Shown one piece after another: positions 1 through 8,545 of a stretch of DNA of 35,693 nt (positions are counted from its first letter, which is position 1; every line of letters starts with the position of its first letter). The DNA is from a virus (Duplodnaviria > Caudoviricetes). The notes below the pieces were generated by a model that saw nothing but the letters and a program-made list of their open reading frames with translations, searched no databases and had not been told where the DNA came from. The stretch lies in the IMG/VR virus record IMGVR_UViG_3300032327_000515, positions 1 to 35,693 of that record. The stretch is one strand, 5' to 3'. The position numbers and the translations under genes were made by a program.

Positions 1-98
1 CATAATGTAATAATCTTTGTAATGCTCGTTAATTAATTGAGGAAGCGGTAAACCGGAATGCGCCGGAAAACCTTTGAAAATACCGTAACGACTTTGAT

Positions 99-362
99 TT
101 ATTCTCCTTCGAAAACAAGGATAATGTCGTTCTCATCTACGATCCAGAATTCTTCGTCCTCAAACTTGGATTTCTTTGCTTGTTGCCAGTTAGGTAGAAT
201 GATCTGGTCCACTTCTACCAAAGTCACATCGGAACCAATTGCAACGATGATACCTTTACTGGCTTCTTCTCTATCCACATCGGCCATAATGATACCACCC
301 TTAGAAACTTTTTCTTTTTGGATTACTTTGAGGAGTACATTCTTTTTAATAGGTTTTAACAT
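99..362 (-). CDS. groES: Co-chaperonin GroES (Cpn10)
   Basis: MLKPIKKNVLLK...KVSKGGII...GIIVAIG...VDENDIILV matches the Cpn10 pattern; start re-called at ATG 362. Confidence 0.85.
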   Translation of the reverse strand: MLKPIKKNVLLKVIQKEKVSKGGIIMADVDREEASKGIIVAIGSDVTLVEVDQIILPNWQQAKKSKFEDEEFWIVDENDIILVFEGE

Positions 363-570
363 TTTTCTCTTTCTGTTTTCTACATTCATCAATTACTTTT
401 GAGGGTACATCGGGGTGCCAACCACCGATTAACATATCACAATTATACTTTACTGGAGTGATAATGTCAAACTGTTTATGGTAATCATCATCAGATACAA
501 AGGCAAATACACCAAGTATACTTAATGTTACGAACACAATATTGGTTCGGCGAGATTGTTCTAGTGTCAT
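346..570 (-). CDS. Hypothetical membrane protein
   Basis: 74 aa ORF with an N-terminal hydrophobic segment; overlaps both neighbours. Confidence 0.65.
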   Translation of the reverse strand: MTLEQSRRTNIVFVTLSILGVFAFVSDDDYHKQFDIITPVKYNCDMLIGGWHPDVPSKVIDECRKQKEKNVKTY

Positions 571-689
571 TTTGGTAACTGTGATTGAAAGTGGTTAATC
601 AATTCATCCAATAAATTTCTTGCCATGGAACCATTAAGTGTCCATGCTCTAATCGTTTTTAATTTTGTTATTAATTCTCTAATATCCAT
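567..689 (-). CDS. Small hypothetical protein (40 aa, not in ORF track)
   Basis: MDIRELITKLKTIRAWTLNGSMARNLLDELINHFQSQLPK; fills the gap exactly with TAATG and ATGA overlaps. Confidence 0.65.
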   Translation of the reverse strand: MDIRELITKLKTIRAWTLNGSMARNLLDELINHFQSQLPK

Positions 690-958
690 TAGTTATGCTT
701 TGACCAGGTTTTTAACTTAATCCGTTTTGCTGCTCTGGCTCGTTGTACATGTGAGTCTGATAAAGTCTGTTCTATCAAAATATCAAGCATAGCCAATAAA
801 TCTCCAACTTCTTCTTCCAACTTTTCTTTGTTTGTTGGTGCTCCCTGTGGCCATTGTGCATCCATGCCAAAACGAAACACCTTACTTATTGCTTGTGTTA
901 CTTCTGCACATTCTTCTTGTGTAATTAGTAACGCTTCTTTTATTTGTTCATTCATCAT
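689..958 (-). CDS. MazG-like nucleotide pyrophosphohydrolase
   Basis: EECAEV...LEEEVGDLL all-alpha NTP-PPase motif. Confidence 0.75.
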   Translation of the reverse strand: MMNEQIKEALLITQEECAEVTQAISKVFRFGMDAQWPQGAPTNKEKLEEEVGDLLAMLDILIEQTLSDSHVQRARAAKRIKLKTWSKHN

Positions 959-1214
959 CTTGTCTACTTAAAAATTTAATCACGGGTAATTTAACTGCCA
1001 CTTCAATAAAAGCTTCACGTTTTGTTGATGCAATTGGAAAACAAATAAAGATTCCATCTTCGATCATCATGTCGAATGGTGCAATACCGGTCCAAGCCTC
1101 ATCTATGATACATCTAATTTCCCATCGTTTAACTTCTTTACATCTTTCAATTAGATCAGCATAGATTTTTTTTGGATTGAATGAATCGTCCTCAATAATC
1201 TCAGACATCTTCAC
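948..1214 (-). CDS. Hypothetical protein
   Basis: 88 aa ORF in a tightly packed operon. Confidence 0.65.
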   Translation of the reverse strand: MKMSEIIEDDSFNPKKIYADLIERCKEVKRWEIRCIIDEAWTGIAPFDMMIEDGIFICFPIASTKREAFIEVAVKLPVIKFLSRQDDE

Positions 1215-1404
1215 TCAGAAATGTTGGTCCTTTTTCTTCTTCTGAAAGAATGTAATCTTCAGCAAGGCTTTCGGCTTTTGCAAAATCTGCCATAGTTTCT
1301 TTACTTACAATCTTATTCTTCAAATAGTAAGAGATTGTATAATTATATTCTTTTCTTTCGATGATAGCTTTCTTATCACCATTTTGAAATTTAGACAGTT
1401 CCAT
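1201..1404 (-). CDS. Hypothetical protein
   Basis: Start re-called at ATG 1404 (MELSKFQNG) behind GGAG; the longer ORF's upstream part overlaps 1391..1603. Confidence 0.65.
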   Translation of the reverse strand: MELSKFQNGDKKAIIERKEYNYTISYYLKNKIVSKETMADFAKAESLAEDYILSEEEKGPTFLSEDV

Positions 1405-1603
1405 ATTCTTCTCCAAAAGCAAATTGTTCAGCATAAGTTTGTGCTTCTGCTTCATCTTTAAAAAATCTGGTTTCAATTCGGACCATACCATCACCTTCAA
1501 CACATTCAACCTCAAAGAGGTCAAATATATTTTTGAAGGCAATAGTGGCAGTTCTTTTACCGGACTTACCCATAAATGTAACGATTCTTTTTTGTTCATC
1601 CAT
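1391..1603 (-). CDS. Hypothetical protein
   Basis: 70 aa ORF coupled by TAATG to the upstream gene. Confidence 0.65.
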   Translation of the reverse strand: MDEQKRIVTFMGKSGKRTATIAFKNIFDLFEVECVEGDGMVRIETRFFKDEAEAQTYAEQFAFGEEYGTV

Positions 1604-3747
1604 TATGATATCATTCCCACAAAGCGATTTAATACAACACGGTTATTCAAACGATTGCCAGCATACTTACTAAATGCTGAAACCAAACCACGAGTAGTGG
1701 CATTCTCTTTCACTTCAAAACCAACATCATCATCAGTATCTAGGCCTTCTGCACGGAGTAAATAATACTCATCGTAACCCGAAGAAGTTACTACCATCGA
1801 TTTGTTTTTACGAAACTCTGCCTTGTACTTATCATGGTTTGTAACTGACCTTGGTAAAAAATTATATAGTTCACGACCTAATTCACGACCAGATAAAACA
1901 TAAAATCCAACAATGTTTGAATTTGTACGGAGTTTCAACATCTTAATATAAGCAGAAGTTAATTCACGGCCGTGTGGATGATCTACAATAACTTCATGTC
2001 TGGTTTTAGGATCACGAATGACCAGTTTCTTAGTTTTACCATAAGTATATTCACGGCCATAACCAGTAGTTTTATGGCCACCATCATTAGTCTGATATAC
2101 TTCACGTAATGAATGGCCATCACCATCGGTCAAGAATACAGTATTCACTATCTGTAATTTATATTGTTTCTGAAATTCAGGAACAATTGTCATAGCCGAA
2201 ACAATTGCCTCAGATAAAGGTGTGCCACCTTTCTGCATCCAGTTTGGTTTCCAGCCCCGAGGTTCACATGATGCAACCAAGGCTGAACAAGCATAAGTTA
2301 GTTCTACAGCTGACATTCTACTGGAAAGAAAATTCATCAGTTTAAAATTACGGAGTGCAATATCACCTTCTTTGAATTCACTAGAATAAGGTCTGTCATG
2401 TTCAGAAGTAAAGGCATATACTTCATAAGGTATATTTACTTTCTTACAGAACATTACCAAATTAATTAATTGTTTTACAGTATTCTCAATATGGTTACTC
2501 ATACTACCTGACCAATCTAGGAACATAACCAAACCATGTGATTTGCCATTAGGCACCACGGTGATTTTCTTAAAGATATCTTCAGCAAATCCGTATGAAT
2601 AGATTTTACTCATATTCAATTCACCAGTTTTCGAAACTGATGCACGTTTTAATTGTTCGGCATTTTTACGTAATTCAAATTCTTTGGCCAAATAACCAAC
2701 AACCTTTTTTGCATCATTACGGATCTTTTTAAATTTCTTTGCATTGATTCCATCTTTGATATCGTAATATCCACTATTGCGTTCCTGAAACGCATCAACA
2801 TCAGTACGATATTCGGACCACAATTGTTTATAAGATACAATTGCTTTTGACATATCAATATCAGGAATGTTACCATAGTAGTAACTGTCAGCATCTACAC
2901 TAAACAATTTACTTTCATTCTTACGATATGATTCATCGGTGTGTGATTTAATCTGCTCATCAGATTCACCTTCGGGATCCATACCACCACCTTGTAAATC
3001 GCCTTCTTCATTATCTTCTGGCATTTCATCAGAGTTTTCATCACCGTCAGAATCAATAGGTTTGCCGGATTCACGAATCTCGGTTTCTTCATCCCAATCA
3101 TCAGAATCTTCATAACCACTAGCATCAATTTCAATACCATCTTCATCTTCATCAAATTCATTTAATACAAGTTTGAGTTTCTTGGCGGTTTCAGCCTCTT
3201 CTTTCATGTATTGCATGATTTCTACACCAACACGAATTACATCATCATAAGTTTCGGTAGATTCAACTTTATCAACTAAACCTTTTTCATATTCATTGAA
3301 TTGAATACCTTGTGCTGCACCACCTTTAGTGTAAAGGTTAACACGGTCAATAAAATTCAAATCATTAAGGTCGGCACCTTTAGTACCAAAAAAGTCCTTC
3401 TCAATTAACTCACGATAACCTTTAACAAAGGAAGAACGAATACCAGGATATTTGTTTTTGATTTTACGTTCAATACGAGAATCTTCTACCACATTGGCTA
3501 CAGAAGCGGAAACACCGGCAACTTTTGCCTTTTCAAAACCTTCTAGTGGAGTATGCAAAGCATGGCCAACTTCATGACCTAAAAACATATCATAAAGGAA
3601 AGGTGAAATTTTAGAATCCAAAATTGGCAAAGTAAGAATACGGTCTTTTACATTAAAACTTGCTGTTTGAACATTCCTTTGTTCAACAGTCAAATTCTCG
3701 GTCGCCATAAGTTTGGCAAGTAGTGTTTTAGATTCTGTGATGTGCAT
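1603..3747 (-). CDS. CobT-like protein: N-terminal HExxH metallopeptidase-like domain, acidic linker, C-terminal VWA domain
   Basis: HEVGH motif, NVVEDSRIE, long D/E-rich linker, MIDAS DWSGS...GGTP...LTDG; start re-called at ATG 3747 after GGAG. Confidence 0.85.
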   Translation of the reverse strand: MHITESKTLLAKLMATENLTVEQRNVQTASFNVKDRILTLPILDSKISPFLYDMFLGHEVGHALHTPLEGFEKAKVAGVSASVANVVEDSRIERKIKNKYPGIRSSFVKGYRELIEKDFFGTKGADLNDLNFIDRVNLYTKGGAAQGIQFNEYEKGLVDKVESTETYDDVIRVGVEIMQYMKEEAETAKKLKLVLNEFDEDEDGIEIDASGYEDSDDWDEETEIRESGKPIDSDGDENSDEMPEDNEEGDLQGGGMDPEGESDEQIKSHTDESYRKNESKLFSVDADSYYYGNIPDIDMSKAIVSYKQLWSEYRTDVDAFQERNSGYYDIKDGINAKKFKKIRNDAKKVVGYLAKEFELRKNAEQLKRASVSKTGELNMSKIYSYGFAEDIFKKITVVPNGKSHGLVMFLDWSGSMSNHIENTVKQLINLVMFCKKVNIPYEVYAFTSEHDRPYSSEFKEGDIALRNFKLMNFLSSRMSAVELTYACSALVASCEPRGWKPNWMQKGGTPLSEAIVSAMTIVPEFQKQYKLQIVNTVFLTDGDGHSLREVYQTNDGGHKTTGYGREYTYGKTKKLVIRDPKTRHEVIVDHPHGRELTSAYIKMLKLRTNSNIVGFYVLSGRELGRELYNFLPRSVTNHDKYKAEFRKNKSMVVTSSGYDEYYLLRAEGLDTDDDVGFEVKENATTRGLVSAFSKYAGNRLNNRVVLNRFVGMIS

Positions 3748-3769
3748 AGTTTTCTCCATTTAAGATATC

Positions 3770-3798
3770 ATTATAACTGAAATATCGCTTACCGTCAA
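3770..3798 (-). promoter_or_regulatory. Sigma70-type early promoter
   Basis: TTGACG-N17-TATAAT on the minus strand directly upstream of the VWA gene. Confidence 0.85.
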
Positions 3799-3814
3799 AT
3801 GATTTCTGAAATGC

Positions 3815-3832
3815 TGTTGTTTTTTAGCAACA
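3815..3832. promoter_or_regulatory. Palindromic motif TGTTG-N8-CAACA, copy 1
   Basis: tgttgttttttagcaaca, 16 nt upstream of the -35 box. Confidence 0.6.
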
Positions 3833-3838
3833 AATTGA

Positions 3839-4000
3839 CTATTCGTATAATTCTTTGCGTTTTTGGTAGTCGGAAAGGTCTTTTTCCATGCTGGAAAGAG
3901 ATGCCCACTTGCGAGTTACAATATCCAATCGTTTCCACGCAGGAATTTCTTCATCATCTACCACGGCATCAAGCCAAATATAGTGTCCGTTGTTATTCAT
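3839..4000 (-). CDS. Hypothetical protein
   Basis: Start re-called at ATG 4000 (MNNNGHY) after AAGGA. Confidence 0.6.
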   Translation of the reverse strand: MNNNGHYIWLDAVVDDEEIPAWKRLDIVTRKWASLSSMEKDLSDYQKRKELYE

Positions 4001-4181
4001 GTGATTTTCCTTCATTTTTTTCGAAAAAATTCTGCTCAATTGCAGCTGCCAAGCGATCAGCCAGCTTCGGATCGAACTTTACTAAAAAATACGCAACATC
4101 TTCTGCTGGTACATGACGCAAATTGAACATAATTTCATCAATTCCTCGTAAAATTTGTGATTCTTCGTGTTGTCTTAACAT
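3993..4181 (-). CDS. Hypothetical protein
   Basis: 62 aa ORF in the early operon. Confidence 0.65.
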   Translation of the reverse strand: MLRQHEESQILRGIDEIMFNLRHVPAEDVAYFLVKFDPKLADRLAAAIEQNFFEKNEGKSHE

Positions 4182-4188
4182 AATTTTC

Positions 4189-4347
4189 TCATTGTAAAGT
4201 ATTTACTTCAATTGTAGTGACTACACTACCTCTTTGTTTGGCCATTCCAACAGATTTTAGCCATTCAATCTCAATTTCTAATTCCGATTCACTCAAAGTT
4301 TCCAAATATTCTTCATATTCAGCCCATTCATCTTTTGTGATACTCAT
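4189..4347 (-). CDS. Small acidic hypothetical protein (52 aa, not in ORF track)
   Basis: MSITKDEWAEYEEYLETLSESELEIEIEWLKSVG...; ATGA overlap with the upstream stop and GGAG upstream. Confidence 0.65.
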   Translation of the reverse strand: MSITKDEWAEYEEYLETLSESELEIEIEWLKSVGMAKQRGSVVTTIEVNTLQ

Positions 4348-4688
4348 CTCCGCATACTCGCAATCTCCTTTGCTTCATTATCTGTAAATACCGGCACGGC
4401 ATTTGATTTGTGCATTGTACCGATACCTTTAATTTTGTCACCTGTATATGTATTTTGGAATGATTTTGCACAAGTCACAAAACCAGTATCCAAGGACGCA
4501 ATCATAGGAGATTCACGACCTGCGGGAATATTAAACATGGAGATTGTTTTGGAATACTTCGTAGATTTATTTTTACAGAAATTGGTAGACATCGAATTAA
4601 TGGAAGCTAACCATTCTTCGTGTTGTAATTTCTTAGATTTTGAAATCTTGTGTTTTTTGGATTTTGGAATATAACCGTAAATCATCAT
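4344..4688 (-). CDS. Conserved T4-like phage hypothetical protein
   Basis: C-terminal YTG...GIGTMHKSNAVPV motif recalled from T4-like phages; GGAG RBS. Confidence 0.75.
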   Translation of the reverse strand: MMIYGYIPKSKKHKISKSKKLQHEEWLASINSMSTNFCKNKSTKYSKTISMFNIPAGRESPMIASLDTGFVTCAKSFQNTYTGDKIKGIGTMHKSNAVPVFTDNEAKEIASMRR

Positions 4689-4711
4689 AATAATTCTCCA
4701 TGTGAAGAACC

Positions 4712-4740
4712 ATTATATTACAGTTTGTTTGAGAGGTCAA
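4712..4740 (-). promoter_or_regulatory. Sigma70-type early promoter
   Basis: TTGACC-N17-TATAAT on the minus strand. Confidence 0.85.
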
Positions 4741-4746
4741 GCGGTC

Positions 4747-4764
4747 TGTTGCTAGAAAACAACA
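4747..4764. promoter_or_regulatory. Palindromic motif TGTTG-N8-CAACA, copy 2
   Basis: tgttgctagaaaacaaca; 17/18 identical to the reverse complement of copy 1. Confidence 0.6.
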
Positions 4765-4839
4765 TAATTACCAATACCTTATTATCAAAGGCGGACATAC
4801 CTACTTATGTCAAAAATTACATAAAAAAATGGTAAACTT

Positions 4840-5022
4840 TTAATTATACCAGTTATTTTCGTCATCAACCTCAGCTTCAGATTTTTCTAACATTTCTTCT
4901 TCTTCATATTGAGTTAATAATTTTTTAATCTCAGCATGTTCATTTCTACTTCTTTTTGGTGTATAATTATAATCATCATTATACTCCTTGTCCTTGCGGA
5001 ACTTTCCTACAAACTTCGCCAC
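4840..5022 (-). CDS. Hypothetical protein
   Basis: GTG start with AGGAG RBS; 60 aa charged protein. Confidence 0.65.
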   Translation of the reverse strand: MAKFVGKFRKDKEYNDDYNYTPKRSRNEHAEIKKLLTQYEEEEMLEKSEAEVDDENNWYN

Positions 5023-5032
5023 GATACAACTC

Positions 5033-5404
5033 CTATTTCATGGTTTCAAAAGTGATGCCTTTGATTTTGGTCTCCGGCATATTATTCATGTCCTCTTCCG
5101 AAATGTAAGTAATATCGGAATTAGGATAACATATTTTAATAATTTTAAGTAATTGACAAACTGTACCATCGGTATCATTGAATGAAAAGATTTCATCAAC
5201 GAATTTAAGTGATTTGATGATTTCACGCCGGTCATCATATGTTTGTACGGATCCGCCTTCAACGTAATCCATCCACCAATCTGAATGAACACCAACAATT
5301 AACCAATCTCCCTTCCTTCTACATTTCTTTAAGAAGTTTAATTCCTTAATTGTTAATGGATCGAATATTCCACAAGTTAATATTATTTTTTCTTTTTCTA
5401 TCAT
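5033..5404 (-). CDS. Cytidylyltransferase-like protein (TagD/RfaE-II fold) with degenerate HxGH motif
   Basis: GIFDPL...GDWLIVGVHSD...RREIIKSLKFVDEI. Confidence 0.8.
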   Translation of the reverse strand: MIEKEKIILTCGIFDPLTIKELNFLKKCRRKGDWLIVGVHSDWWMDYVEGGSVQTYDDRREIIKSLKFVDEIFSFNDTDGTVCQLLKIIKICYPNSDITYISEEDMNNMPETKIKGITFETMK

Positions 5405-5829
5405 TATGGCAAGAGATCGGGGAAGGCTTCTTTAACAAATTTATAAGTTAAACCTTTGACCCCTAAATTCTTGCTCAAAATACCAATAATAACTTCTGCT
5501 TCACGGGGTTCAATAGATTCTAATAGTTGTAATAATAATTGATTCCGTTTTTCTGCTGTTAATACTTCGGCAGCAGGATTTCCTTTTTGAAACAAATACA
5601 ATTTACGCAATTGTGTTGATAATGTTTGTGGTGAAAGTCCAGGTAACATATCTGTCGGTATTTTATAGTTCTCCGGCATCTCAGTAATCAACCATTCAAA
5701 ATTTGGATGGTATGCCAATTCAAATACCTGAACCAATGTTTTGGATAGATTATTTTCTATTACCTTCATTCTTTCTTGCTTATTACTAGCCAATTCAAAT
5801 TCATCAAATACTTCATAAATGTTCTTCAT
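5404..5829 (-). CDS. Conserved T4-like phage hypothetical protein
   Basis: LRKLYLF...QLLESIEPREAEVI...VKEAFPDLL; family recalled as commonly following RNase H. Confidence 0.75.
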   Translation of the reverse strand: MKNIYEVFDEFELASNKQERMKVIENNLSKTLVQVFELAYHPNFEWLITEMPENYKIPTDMLPGLSPQTLSTQLRKLYLFQKGNPAAEVLTAEKRNQLLLQLLESIEPREAEVIIGILSKNLGVKGLTYKFVKEAFPDLLP

Positions 5830-6680
5830 TAAAATTCCTCTATTACATCCATTAAATTTTTCAGTTTGTGTTCAATAAAATAATTCAGTAACTTGTTCCG
5901 TTTTGCTGGAACTGTTTCTTCAAAAGTATTTATAATCTTCTCCTTGATCTCTGTTGGAATCTGAGTTAGGTCGATAAGAACCTTATTACGAGAAAATCCT
6001 GCAACAGCATCGGCTGTCCAGTTAGAATGGGTTAACTCCTCATTCAATATCTTATCTAACACACCCTTAGTGATTGGTTTCTGACGGAGGTCACGGACAA
6101 AACAATCTGAAGGTGAGAAGATGTTTGGAATTCCGTCACCCTTGTCGCCACGGATAATCTTTTCCTTGAGTTCTAGGAGAGGGTCAACCGATTTGACATA
6201 TTTCTTTTGTGATGGATTATATTGTTTAACATTACTACCATACTGTTGTAATTGTAAGAAATCTCCGTCACTTGATAGAATCAAAATCTTTTCATGTGGC
6301 GCATGACGAGGAACTAAAGTGCCGATAATATCATCAGCTTCAGCACCTTCAACATCAATTACTTTATATGGAAAGCTTTCACGGAGTTCTTGTTTGAATT
6401 TGGCAAGCATATCAAATATCATGTGCCAATCTAAATCAGACTTCTCACGAGTTTTCTTACGGCCTGCTTTGTAAAATGGGAAATATTCTTTACGCCAATA
6501 TTTGCGATTATCACAACATAATACAATATCACCATATTCACTTTTAAAATTCTTAACATGGGTACGAATAATGTTAAGAATCATGTGACGAATTAAATGT
6601 TCATCTAATTTCCCTTTTTGGTTGGAAATCTGAGCCATAAGTCCGGCAAGTAATACTTGGTTTAAATCAATGAGAATCAT
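5829..6680 (-). CDS. rnh: T4-type RNase H (5'-3' exonuclease)
   Basis: ILIDLNQ, YWRKEYFPFYK, EADDIIG, SSDGDFLQL, GDKGDGIPN. Confidence 0.95.
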   Translation of the reverse strand: MILIDLNQVLLAGLMAQISNQKGKLDEHLIRHMILNIIRTHVKNFKSEYGDIVLCCDNRKYWRKEYFPFYKAGRKKTREKSDLDWHMIFDMLAKFKQELRESFPYKVIDVEGAEADDIIGTLVPRHAPHEKILILSSDGDFLQLQQYGSNVKQYNPSQKKYVKSVDPLLELKEKIIRGDKGDGIPNIFSPSDCFVRDLRQKPITKGVLDKILNEELTHSNWTADAVAGFSRNKVLIDLTQIPTEIKEKIINTFEETVPAKRNKLLNYFIEHKLKNLMDVIEEF

Positions 6681-6711
6681 AACAAACTTTCAATAGTTTC
6701 AATAGGAGTCT

Positions 6712-6740
6712 ATTGTATCACACTTCCGTCAATCTGTCAA
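6712..6740 (-). promoter_or_regulatory. Sigma70-type promoter for rnh
   Basis: TTGACA-N17-TACAAT with an extended -10 TG. Confidence 0.75.
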
Positions 6741-7059
6741 ATGTATTTTGAATGAATGTATTTGAGGTGGTGGTCATTCTTGCCAAAACACCAAACCAAT
6801 CAATACTTAACATTCTGGACATATAACTAACTGGATCTATCAAAACGGCATTAAATTGTTCCACATTAACAAGTTCACCTTCTTCATCTTCTTGGAATAG
6901 TATAATGTGGTAACCATCACCCAGCGATGAACCGCCAAGTTTTTCTCCTGCATGCTTATATACTGCACTCTCTAGATGTATTGTATCTTCTTCTTCGCCT
7001 GGTAAAAAAAAGAAAGCATCAAAGGGTTCTTCCTTGAGTGTCTTTGGAATTTCGATCAT
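6718..7059 (-). CDS. Hypothetical acidic protein
   Basis: 113 aa ORF filling the gap; AGGA RBS. Confidence 0.7.
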   Translation of the reverse strand: MIEIPKTLKEEPFDAFFFLPGEEEDTIHLESAVYKHAGEKLGGSSLGDGYHIILFQEDEEGELVNVEQFNAVLIDPVSYMSRMLSIDWFGVLARMTTTSNTFIQNTFDRLTEV

Positions 7060-7465
7060 TGTAGTCCTTGAGGTGTGATTTTCGTATTCTTACCATTATC
7101 CATGAGTTATAGTAATCATCGGATTCCATAACGCCACGGACAAATTGTTCTTTTGCTTCGAGATATCCACATTCACCTTTTGAACGGCAAAGATGTAGTA
7201 TCTCTCTAGAAAAGTTGTCATAACCTAATGATAACACATCTTGCTTCAATGTGTCACTACTTCCATAGTAAGTTTGCCAATCACTTGGAACTTTTAACTT
7301 CTTCTTTTTACCTTTGATTATCTTGGTTTTGGCAGAGTAAAAGAATTTCTTGCCTATGTATTTTCTACCATTCGTCAGGTTTTTAATCTGATACACGAAC
7401 CCGTAATTATCACCAATCAAATCTTCGGTAAAATCAACTTCATTATATTGCCAGTTTAGTCCCAT
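7019..7465 (-). CDS. GIY-YIG family endonuclease
   Basis: GFVYQIKNLTNGRKYIGKK...YYGSS...E...YYN. Confidence 0.85.
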   Translation of the reverse strand: MGLNWQYNEVDFTEDLIGDNYGFVYQIKNLTNGRKYIGKKFFYSAKTKIIKGKKKKLKVPSDWQTYYGSSDTLKQDVLSLGYDNFSREILHLCRSKGECGYLEAKEQFVRGVMESDDYYNSWIMVRIRKSHLKDYNDRNSKDTQGRTL

Positions 7466-7641
7466 TCTCCAGTATCCAAATCGTCATCATCCTCTATATA
7501 GTCCTCGGATAATTCTTCGATTTGTTCACCACAAAATGGACAATGTTCTGGCAATTCTTGTGATACCATTTCTTCCATAAATGCAACGCTGTAAGTTGAT
7601 TCACAACTTAAGCAATCTCCTGATAATTGTTTTTGTGTCAT
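7456..7641 (-). CDS. Small zinc-ribbon protein with acidic tail
   Basis: CLSC...CPFC followed by a D/E-rich C-terminus. Confidence 0.75.
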   Translation of the reverse strand: MTQKQLSGDCLSCESTYSVAFMEEMVSQELPEHCPFCGEQIEELSEDYIEDDDDLDTGEWD

Positions 7642-7642
7642 A

Positions 7643-8536
7643 TTAACCTTTTCTTTGAAGGATTTCTTTGATATAATCTTCTAATTGTACTTTTGGTTCC
7701 CAATGCAATTCTTTTTGAGCTTTACTGTTATCAGCCAAAGTTATTTTTGCTTCACCTATTCTTTGAGGAATAAATTTAACTGTATCTGATATCATTCTAG
7801 CTAAATCTATAACCGAATGGTTTTTTCCTGTTCCAACATTATATAAACCGGTGCAATCAGATTTCATTGCTTTAATATTAGCATTAACTACATCACTTAC
7901 ATGAGTAAAATCTCTGCGTTGCTGACCATCACCGACAATAGTTAATGCTTCGCCATCTTCTTTTTGCCTTAAAAATAATCTAACAACTGGTGCATATGGA
8001 CCTTTCGATGGTTCTCTAGGTCCGTAAATATTAAAATACCTAAACACAATTGTTTGCAAACCAAATAGTTCGGTATACATATGACATAGTTTTTCACCCG
8101 ACACTTTGGATACTGAATATGGATTCAAACAATCGTCCGGCATAGTTTCTACTAATGGTGGAGTATTTCTTCCATAAGCAGAAGATGTAGAAGAATACAT
8201 TACCTTCTTAACACCTGATTCTCTAGCACATTGTAGTATTGTTGCTGTGCCTTGCACATTGGTTCTAACAGCAAGCAAAGGATTATCAATGGTTGGTTGA
8301 ATACGAGATTCAGCTGCCAAATGAAATACATAATCCACACCATCAAACAATGGACGAATTAAATCATATTCAGCAATATCATATTTAAAATAAGTTGCCT
8401 TATCATTGTGGTAAAAGGAATCATTTGAGGTGGCCGATTCATTATCAATCACAACAACTTCATTTCCAAGTTCAACAAGTTTATCAACAATATTAGAACC
8501 AATAAACCCAGCACCACCAGTAACAATAACTTTCAT
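7643..8536 (-). CDS. NAD-dependent nucleotide-sugar epimerase/dehydratase (extended SDR)
   Basis: TGGAGFIG, HLAA, YSVSK, RYFNIYGP, RDFTHV. Confidence 0.93.
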   Translation of the reverse strand: MKVIVTGGAGFIGSNIVDKLVELGNEVVVIDNESATSNDSFYHNDKATYFKYDIAEYDLIRPLFDGVDYVFHLAAESRIQPTIDNPLLAVRTNVQGTATILQCARESGVKKVMYSSTSSAYGRNTPPLVETMPDDCLNPYSVSKVSGEKLCHMYTELFGLQTIVFRYFNIYGPREPSKGPYAPVVRLFLRQKEDGEALTIVGDGQQRRDFTHVSDVVNANIKAMKSDCTGLYNVGTGKNHSVIDLARMISDTVKFIPQRIGEAKITLADNSKAQKELHWEPKVQLEDYIKEILQRKG

Positions 8537-8545
8537 TTCAATTCC

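Noticed and set aside
4718-4812. Short hairpin GACATA/TATGTC, a CATAAGTA late-like site and a 15-codon ORF
   Set aside because: Each signal is weak; the ORF overlaps the promoter and palindrome, which already explain the sequence
5927-5934. TATAAATA inside rnh
   Set aside because: Lies within coding sequence of an AT-rich genome; plausible but cannot be separated from chance
7019-7465. GIY-YIG gene as a mobile homing endonuclease or intron marker
   Set aside because: Catalytic domain only, no DNA-binding extension, and neighbouring genes are uninterrupted
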